Of a stretch of DNA of 31,531 bases, positions 25,413 through 31,531 are shown one piece after another. The first letter of the stretch is position 1, and each line of letters begins with the position of its first letter. The position numbers were made by a program, and so were the translations under genes. Location of the stretch: the IMG/VR virus record IMGVR_UViG_3300025665_000038, positions 1 to 31,531 of that record. The stretch is one strand, 5' to 3'. The stretch is from a virus (Duplodnaviria > Caudoviricetes). Below the pieces are notes generated by a model that searched no databases, was not told the origin of the DNA, and saw only the letters and a list, made by a program, of their open reading frames with translations.

Positions 25413-25895
25413 TTAATCTAACATATTTATGTTATTTAGTTCAGAATATGGTAAATTATAACAATCACTAAAGAATTTAAAATAAGACCCATCAGGATCT
25501 CCTTTCCTTGCAAAACTTGCCTTATCATAGAAATTTTGAGGTTTAATTATACCACAAATATAACCCTTTGAAAAATCTTTAAACACACTACAAAATACAT
25601 AATAATCACATTTTTGTTTTGTATTCCAGTTAAATATTGTTGCATTATAAAATGGTTTGGGTAATACATTTCTCTCTTTAGTCTTTACTTCTAATTTGTT
25701 ACCATTATATTTTAAATCCCATTGATATGTATTGGAGTCACCAATATTAAAATAAGATTTTACTAACTCCTCACCTAAAAATCCTATCATATTACCACCA
25801 CCACCACGTACACTTCCTTTAATCACACCCATATCATTTGATTTTATAGTTGCATTTTCCTTCATCTGTTGAGTTATTTGTATTTCTTTAAACAT
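25413..25895 (-). CDS. PD-(D/E)xK restriction-like nuclease
   Basis: GxLGE...WD...LEVKTK...CDYYVF. Confidence 0.7.
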   Translation of the reverse strand: MFKEIQITQQMKENATIKSNDMGVIKGSVRGGGGNMIGFLGEELVKSYFNIGDSNTYQWDLKYNGNKLEVKTKERNVLPKPFYNATIFNWNTKQKCDYYVFCSVFKDFSKGYICGIIKPQNFYDKASFARKGDPDGSYFKFFSDCYNLPYSELNNINMLD

Positions 25896-26284
25896 TATTC
25901 TACACTCGACTCTTTAATTGCAAGTTCTAACTCTAATCTTGACTTTGCATTGACCTTGTCCTTCCAAAGTTCCTTGCATTCGTAATGCCAAACGTCTATC
26001 ACCTTCCACCCATTCCATTCTAACATGTTCTTTTGGATGTTATCTATTGTAGCCATTCTTGCACTGGCATGGTGTTTGTCCTGTACTCTTATTGCTAAAT
26101 TTTCAAATAATGTAACTGCCACTATGTCTATTGTCTCTTTTAATTGTCTATCACTAAATGTCTCAAGATATTCAGGAGACACCATGTCAGATAGCTTGAC
26201 TTGAGTAAGATATTCAGAATTTTTACCAAACATATCCTTGATTATCTCAAGTGTTGCGACCTCTCCTTGTCCTATTATTTCCAT
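25895..26284 (-). CDS. Vsr/DUF559-like endonuclease
   Basis: GE...Q...IDI...LAIRVQDKHH...D-x2-QK-x2-L-x3-GWKVIDVW. Confidence 0.7.
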   Translation of the reverse strand: MEIIGQGEVATLEIIKDMFGKNSEYLTQVKLSDMVSPEYLETFSDRQLKETIDIVAVTLFENLAIRVQDKHHASARMATIDNIQKNMLEWNGWKVIDVWHYECKELWKDKVNAKSRLELELAIKESSVE

Positions 26285-26370
26285 TATTCATCATCCTCAT
26301 GGCATGAGCAACCACAAATCATGTGATACCAATCTGCCATCTGTTTTAGACATCTTTCACAAATAGTCAT
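26284..26370 (-). CDS. Cys-rich microprotein (28 aa, hand-called)
   Basis: CERC...CGCSCH; TAATG on both sides. Confidence 0.55.
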   Translation of the reverse strand: MTICERCLKQMADWYHMICGCSCHEDDE

Positions 26371-26519
26371 TAATCATTACCCTCTTTCATCTTATCACTA
26401 GCATAAGTCGGAAACAGGTCAGGTATCCAAGCATGTACAAACAGTGCAATACTCATACTCATTGCCCTCCACCAATGAGTCTTATATCCCATGCAGTTAT
26501 CTTTTAAATGTTTAAACAT
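26370..26519 (-). CDS. DUF6356-like small protein (49 aa, hand-called)
   Basis: HL-x6-Y-x2-H...ALFVHAWIPDLF-x3-AS. Confidence 0.6.
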   Translation of the reverse strand: MFKHLKDNCMGYKTHWWRAMSMSIALFVHAWIPDLFPTYASDKMKEGND

Positions 26520-26631
26520 CTCTCATCTCAAAACTGCCTTTAATGTGACCATGTTCCATACAGAAATCCATGTATATCTCTTTACAGATTAAACAATATG
26601 GGTGCTTTCTTGGTGTTCCTGTTAGTTTCAT
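26512..26631 (-). CDS. Zn-finger microprotein (39 aa, hand-called)
   Basis: CLIC...CMEHG; coupled. Confidence 0.6.
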   Translation of the reverse strand: MKLTGTPRKHPYCLICKEIYMDFCMEHGHIKGSFEMRDV

Positions 26632-26840
26632 AATGGAGTTCCATCATTCCATGATTCTAATTGTTTTATTCTTATTTGTAGTTGTATAATTTCATCTTGC
26701 ATACCTAAGATATAATCTGCTATATCCCTATTGGTTTCACCCTCTTTTACATCTATGATTAATTCATCATCAAACTTTTGCTCATAATCCTCATCCTCTA
26801 CATTTTCCCAGCATGAGAATCTATCCTTAGTTAGTTTCAT
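26628..26840 (-). CDS. Hypothetical acidic/coiled-coil protein
   Basis: Fits coupled chain. Confidence 0.7.
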   Translation of the reverse strand: MKLTKDRFSCWENVEDEDYEQKFDDELIIDVKEGETNRDIADYILGMQDEIIQLQIRIKQLESWNDGTPL

Positions 26841-27161
26841 TTACTTACTCTCCTTTACCACCTTAAATAATCTTTCCAATTTATCCAATTTAAATCGTTT
26901 AAGTTTCTCTACCACTGAATGATGTGACTTACAAAGGAGGGCAAAACGGTTGGGATCTTTGTCAATTATTGGTAATATGTATAAATTGTAGTCATATGTT
27001 GTCTTGAAATCTTTGTATATCTTCTCACCCTCAATGTATTGTTTGTGATGAAACGTAAAGAATTTACCGTATTTTTTGTGGCAGACTTTGCATTTTAAAT
27101 CGAATTGTTTTTTTGCAGCGACCTTTCTCTTAAGGTTATCACTATCTTCTTTCTTCGTCAT
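26841..27161 (-). CDS. HNH-like endonuclease
   Basis: CKVC...FHH-x2-Y...LLCKSHH; start uncertain (27161 or 27173). Confidence 0.65.
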   Translation of the reverse strand: MTKKEDSDNLKRKVAAKKQFDLKCKVCHKKYGKFFTFHHKQYIEGEKIYKDFKTTYDYNLYILPIIDKDPNRFALLCKSHHSVVEKLKRFKLDKLERLFKVVKESK

Positions 27162-27246
27162 GTGTTTTTTCATGCTCCAAAATATCTTTCACTACTTGTG
27201 TCTGACCTTCTATAGTCCAATCACAAACTTCACAGGTATATCTCAT
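27142..27246 (-). CDS. C2H2 Zn-finger microprotein (34 aa, hand-called)
   Basis: YTCEVC...HEKTH; ATGA overlap with the radA stop. Confidence 0.65.
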   Translation of the reverse strand: MRYTCEVCDWTIEGQTQVVKDILEHEKTHDEERR

Positions 27247-28286
27247 TCTACGTTAGACATTCCTCTAGCATCTAAAATGTATTCAGCATCTGCCATAGCA
27301 TGTTCAGGTGAGTCTATCATTCTTGCCAGTCTTTTCTTACCACTCTTCTTAAAGTATAATCTATACGTACTTGCATGTGCTACGACATTACCACCTATTG
27401 GTTTTATAGGATCACCAAACATCATGGCTGGATCACTTTGAACTTGATTAGTAAACACTACAGCACATCTAAAGTAAAAAGAAATGTTCTTGATATGACT
27501 CATCAGTCTTGCTATCTGCATCTGTCTTTCTGCCAACGTTCCTCTTCCTAGATATTCTTCCCTAAACTGACCTATTGCTCCGTCTAATATCACTAGTTTA
27601 GGTTTCTTATCATCTAATATCTTACTAAGACCGTTGATAGTTCCCATTAGTTGTTCTGTATTTGGGCAGTATAGGTAAGTAATTTGATCAAGATATTTGC
27701 CTACCCCTTCGTCGTCTTCTGCGTATTCTCTTGCCTTTAACATCTCAGCAATTCTATTTGGTTTGAATGTATCTTCACAGTCTATCCAAATGACATTGTT
27801 TCCATCATGGATTGTCTCAACTGTAAGAGAGTTACAGAATTGTGTTTTACCTGCTCCAAATTCTCCATATACCTCATAAGTTGCCTCTGGTCTTACGCCA
27901 CCGCTAATAAGGTTGTCAACTTCATCACACTTTGTTGAAATGACAGGATATGCTTTTTGATATGCCCACAGTTCATTTGTACTCATGTCACTTCTCCTAA
28001 TAAGACCGTTTTCTTCTAAGAGTTTTTGTGATTGAAATACCCAAGAGTCACAGGTTGGCTTAGCAACACCAGTAATTTCCTTGATTTCCTGAGCACCTCT
28101 AATACAAAGGTCTATGAGTGAGGTTACACCGAAGGTCTCTAGTTTCTTCTGAGTGACAGAACCTACACCTTTAAGCTGATCTACCCCGAGTTCTAGATCA
28201 ACAGTTTCTATCTCCGTTGTTTCCGTGGGAGTCTGAGTTTCTTCCAGTGTATTATCTGACTCGATAGAGTCGTCTTCAACAACCAT
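27243..28286 (-). CDS. radA: RadA recombinase
   Basis: N-terminal HhH (LKGVG), Walker A GEFGAGKT, YLGRGTLAERQ, TNQV, PIGGNVVAHASTYR, DSP. Confidence 0.95.
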   Translation of the reverse strand: MVVEDDSIESDNTLEETQTPTETTEIETVDLELGVDQLKGVGSVTQKKLETFGVTSLIDLCIRGAQEIKEITGVAKPTCDSWVFQSQKLLEENGLIRRSDMSTNELWAYQKAYPVISTKCDEVDNLISGGVRPEATYEVYGEFGAGKTQFCNSLTVETIHDGNNVIWIDCEDTFKPNRIAEMLKAREYAEDDEGVGKYLDQITYLYCPNTEQLMGTINGLSKILDDKKPKLVILDGAIGQFREEYLGRGTLAERQMQIARLMSHIKNISFYFRCAVVFTNQVQSDPAMMFGDPIKPIGGNVVAHASTYRLYFKKSGKKRLARMIDSPEHAMADAEYILDARGMSNVE

Positions 28287-28324
28287 CACACTAATTTAAG
28301 AAACACACTTCAATATTAATCTTG

Positions 28325-30295
28325 CTATATCCTTGTATATGTGCCGTCACCGTTGAGTTTTATGGCATTATTGTTCTCCCACTTTGATATGGTTGCCTCT
28401 GCCTTTTCCTTGGTCATGCCACTTGTTATCAATGCTTTCTCAAATTCTCTCAATTTTACATTGCCCTCTATGTTCTTACAAGAGTTCCATACTGTCAACA
28501 CATCATGCTCCTTTACAGATTTACCGTCTACAAAGATCTGTGACTGTACACCACCCTGACTTATACTGCTTCCAAACGACTCGTATTGTTTCTCAAGTAA
28601 AATTTTAATAATATTTATATCGCTTTTTTCAACTTCATTTTTAAAATGTAGTTTTGCATATGCCATACTAAGTCTTACTATTGCCTCCAACTGTCTTGTA
28701 CCTATTGGAATGTCACTCTTTGCACTGACATTTCTCATCTTTTCATAGATATCCAAAAGTAACTTCTTTGCTTCCTCGTTGAGTTTTGGACTGAAGGTTC
28801 TTGCATAGTTGATATACTTAGCCAAGTCATCCTCTTTTAAATAACAACGGTCACCCATAGACATTTCAAATGATTCCAAGATATGATTTGCCTTAAGTCT
28901 GTCACTTGTCATGTTTACCTTGTCCTGAATTAACCATATCAAGTCAAACCTACTCAACAATGGTGCTGGCACGTTGATGTTATCTCTTAGAGAGTTGTCA
29001 CTGTCATACATACCCCATTTTGGATTGGCTGCTGCAAGTACGCTTGTACGACTTGGTAGTGTCATTGCTATTCCTGCCTTTGCTATGCTTACTGTCTGCT
29101 GTTCCATAGCCTCATGCATTGCACTTCTGTCCTGTTCACCCATCTTGTCAAACTCGTCTATGCATGCTAGACCGCCATCACACATTGGCAGTACTCCTGC
29201 CTGTGCAATACTTCTTCCATCTGACATCTTTACAATACCTATCGTAAGTCCTGCTGCTGATGAACCTCTACCACTTGTGTATATTGACTTTGTAACAAGT
29301 TTGCTTGCAAATTTTAACAGTTCTGACTTTGCCATACTTGGATCTCCTATTAAAAACAGGTTGATATCCCCCCTCTTTTGAGTCTTAACTCCACCTGCTA
29401 ACTGTAACAATATGCTTAACTTGATGTCATTATAGCCAAATATTGCTGGTGCAAATGAATTTATTATCTTGTCTATGAATCCGTCCTGTTTTGAGTCAAC
29501 GGTAAGCTGCTTAATTTCAGTCTCTTCAGGCAGTGTTGGCTTGTTTTCATCCATATCCTGTACTGACATTACGTCTATAAACACCTCATGCTCGTTTTTC
29601 TTAAAGTCAACGGCAGTTCTGAACAAGCCTGTGATGAGTTTATTCTGTCCAACATATGATGTTCTGACCAATTTACCTACCAGTTTACCTGTAAATATTA
29701 CAGGTGAACTCTTTTTACTCTTGTCCATTGGCTCCTGCATGAGTATGGTCTGTATGTCATCTGTAATCATCTCACTGGTTCGTATCATCATTTTTGCCTT
29801 TTTACATGCTGGATTAGAGCATATTGGAGGAACTATAACTCTATCAATATTGCACTTGGATTCATCTTTATTTCCACATAAAACACAATCAAATTTAGCT
29901 TCTTTGATATAGGATTTTGGAGAATCTGTTGCCAATACCTGACACTCAAATGTAACTGTAGTATTTTCATGCTTGGTGTTGATATCATGCATGTTCATAA
30001 GCAATTCACCGAGAAGATTTATTTTAATATCAGTAAATGAGGATTTGATTAATTCAAAGTCACCGTCTTTCTGTGCCTTTACACGAAAAATAGCGTTACG
30101 CAGTACTTCAATAAAGTCATTTGGATACTGTAGATAAATATCTATGAATCCTTCTTGTGATGGGTTTATTGATATGGTACTGTTTGGTCTAAGACTGTCT
30201 ATAACATCTGTATATCTATTATCTATTAATGCTTTAACTACACGGTCTACTTTTGCTGAGTCAGTATACTCTACTGTTTTATCATAATCAGTCAT
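28325..30295 (-). CDS. mcm: MCM replicative helicase
   Basis: C4 Zn finger, GDPSMAKS, SSAAGLT, CIDEFDKM, EAMEQQTVSIAKAG, AANP, LLSRFD. Confidence 0.95.
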   Translation of the reverse strand: MTDYDKTVEYTDSAKVDRVVKALIDNRYTDVIDSLRPNSTISINPSQEGFIDIYLQYPNDFIEVLRNAIFRVKAQKDGDFELIKSSFTDIKINLLGELLMNMHDINTKHENTTVTFECQVLATDSPKSYIKEAKFDCVLCGNKDESKCNIDRVIVPPICSNPACKKAKMMIRTSEMITDDIQTILMQEPMDKSKKSSPVIFTGKLVGKLVRTSYVGQNKLITGLFRTAVDFKKNEHEVFIDVMSVQDMDENKPTLPEETEIKQLTVDSKQDGFIDKIINSFAPAIFGYNDIKLSILLQLAGGVKTQKRGDINLFLIGDPSMAKSELLKFASKLVTKSIYTSGRGSSAAGLTIGIVKMSDGRSIAQAGVLPMCDGGLACIDEFDKMGEQDRSAMHEAMEQQTVSIAKAGIAMTLPSRTSVLAAANPKWGMYDSDNSLRDNINVPAPLLSRFDLIWLIQDKVNMTSDRLKANHILESFEMSMGDRCYLKEDDLAKYINYARTFSPKLNEEAKKLLLDIYEKMRNVSAKSDIPIGTRQLEAIVRLSMAYAKLHFKNEVEKSDINIIKILLEKQYESFGSSISQGGVQSQIFVDGKSVKEHDVLTVWNSCKNIEGNVKLREFEKALITSGMTKEKAEATISKWENNNAIKLNGDGTYTRI

Positions 30296-30591
30296 ACCCT
30301 ACTCTCTAACTCCATTCTTAATTTGTTTTGTAACTGAGATACTTTTTTGTTAATTTTGACCAAGTCATCATTTGTCAAGTCCTTGATACAATCATGCCAT
30401 AAATCCATTCTGTCCATAATTCTAGGATATTTTGAATTGGTTATTTTCTTGTAAGATTTGACATACTCTTCTACTGCCATTGCCAAGAAGAGACTGAATG
30501 AAGTATTTTTTGGTCTAAGAGTATCAAACGATTCAAATATTGGTACAATGCTTGGACTTATTGATATTGTAGTGGTTTTCTTAAACTGCAT
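30292..30591 (-). CDS. Ribbon-helix-helix-like regulator, coupled to mcm
   Basis: KTTTISIS strand then two helices (SFSLFLAMAVEEYV), coiled-coil tail. Confidence 0.65.
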   Translation of the reverse strand: MQFKKTTTISISPSIVPIFESFDTLRPKNTSFSLFLAMAVEEYVKSYKKITNSKYPRIMDRMDLWHDCIKDLTNDDLVKINKKVSQLQNKLRMELESRV

Positions 30592-30593
30592 GA

Positions 30594-30750
30594 AAGTTAA
30601 TTAACTTGAGGATATATATGTGTATCTAATAAATTATGTTTTAGAGAGAGTGTAGTACAAGAAAAATAAAGTTAATTAATTAATTAACTATCTAGTCACG
30701 AAAAAAGTTGTAAAAAAGAAAATCCTAGTCACGAAAATGTTAATTAATTA
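30594..30750. repeat. TTAA-based palindromes and 13-bp direct repeat
   Basis: AAGTTAATTAACTT 30594-30607; AGTTAATTAATTAATTAACT 30670-30689; GTTAATTAATTA 30739; CTAGTCACGAAAA at 30692 and 30725. Confidence 0.85.
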
Positions 30751-30813
30751 TGTAACTATATTTGGAGAGAGAGATGAGAATATTAAAAAAATAAATATTG
30801 AGTAGGTTTGTAT

Positions 30814-30954
30814 TTAAGCAGTAATTTTTTCTGCTTCAAACCAAGTTTTAATGCCTTTATTTTCTAGTTCTTGAACCATATGAGTTGCTTTTTCTATAGC
30901 CATAAGTGTTTTTTTAGTTTCACCGTCTTTTGTCCAACAAATATTGATAAACAT
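30814..30954 (-). CDS. Microprotein (46 aa, hand-called)
   Basis: MFINICWTKDGETKK...; TTTATATT 21 nt upstream. Confidence 0.6.
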   Translation of the reverse strand: MFINICWTKDGETKKTLMAIEKATHMVQELENKGIKTWFEAEKITA

Positions 30955-31003
30955 ATGGATGTTTGGTTCTTTGTAAATATAAACTTGTCTAATTATACAA
31001 GAG

Positions 31004-31279
31004 TTATATGTTCAGTTTATATAGTTCAGTGCTGTTACAATGAGAACATTTTTCTTTATATATTTCTCCTGCCCTTACCATAAATACTATTGTATGATGT
31101 AAATTGCCCATACTATTTATATTACCTTCATACTGTATTTCAATCAATGGTAATCCATTCTTATGTTTTTTTAAAACATTTATAATTCTATCATGAGTTG
31201 ATACTCTTCTAGGTGGTTCTATTAATACTGAACTTTTAGTAGTTTTTTTGTTTTTTCTCACTGGTTTAGATATGACCAC
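31004..31279 (-). CDS. wHTH-like protein with CxxC wing
   Basis: RIINVLKKHKNGL...MVRAGEI...CSHC. Confidence 0.65.
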   Translation of the reverse strand: MVISKPVRKNKKTTKSSVLIEPPRRVSTHDRIINVLKKHKNGLPLIEIQYEGNINSMGNLHHTIVFMVRAGEIYKEKCSHCNSTELYKLNI

Positions 31280-31531
31280 TTATACTTCCCTCCTCAGCAT
31301 TAAATGATAGTGTCATTGTACCTATTTGTGATCCTATAACCTCATTCTTTCTATCCATATATCCATCTGTATTCTCTATCAAAGTCTTACAGAATGTTCC
31401 TGTATTGCCTAGATGAATGTCTCTTTCCCAAGTCTTGCCACTCTCCCAGTCAAAATCATATACCAGTTCAGGCTGATATCTCTTTTGATGCAAGTGACCA
31501 CATAGAAATACATCATAATAGGCATTATGTT
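31266..31531 (-). CDS. Calcineurin-like metallophosphoesterase, C-terminal part (5' end outside window)
   Basis: Frame extends to the window edge: YDVFLCGHLH...GNTGTF. Confidence 0.7.
   Translation of the reverse strand, partial: HNAYYDVFLCGHLHQKRYQPELVYDFDWESGKTWERDIHLGNTGTFCKTLIENTDGYMDRKNEVIGSQIGTMTLSFNAEEGSISGHI

Noticed and set aside
27243-30295. Inteins in RadA or MCM
   Set aside because: Lengths are normal and Walker motifs are uninterrupted
1-31531. Provirus boundary, integrase, reverse transcriptase/DGR, amoC
   Set aside because: No such motifs, att-tRNA or host housekeeping operon recognised in this window

Overview
Segment of an archaeal head-tail virus (Caudoviricetes), most likely infecting marine Nitrososphaeria/Thaumarchaeota. 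The host call is inferred from archaeal MCM and RadA, TATA boxes about 21-24 nt before start codons (leaderless genes), and thaumarchaeal-type wHTH and Zn-ribbon proteins. Layout: (1) 1-5883, mostly minus-strand morphogenesis genes (HK97-type prohead protease/scaffold running off the window, two membrane proteins, portal). (2) 5966-8591, small genes. (3) 8592-9275, a non-coding control region with mirror-image divergent promoters, 30-bp repeats, helically phased ACCGTA repeats and a G4/mirror repeat. (4) 9276-22731, an AT-rich plus-strand cluster, probably early, with a SAMP/MoaD-like ubiquitin-like protein ending FPAISGG, a GHKL/HSP90-like ATPase, a Gp88-like protein, a MoxR-type AAA, a HExxH-vWA protein and many Zn-finger microproteins. 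(5) 22703-31531, a minus-strand replication/nuclease arm (mini-zincin, candidate structured ncRNA, microproteins, DUF1599-like, secreted protein, wHTH, nucleases, RadA, MCM, RHH, metallophosphoesterase). Top leads: the viral ubiquitin-like protein and its ATPase/protease neighbourhood, the 8.6-9.3 kb control region, the ncRNA at about 23.0 kb, and a promoter nested in the protease gene. All family calls come from motif recognition by eye, with no database searches.
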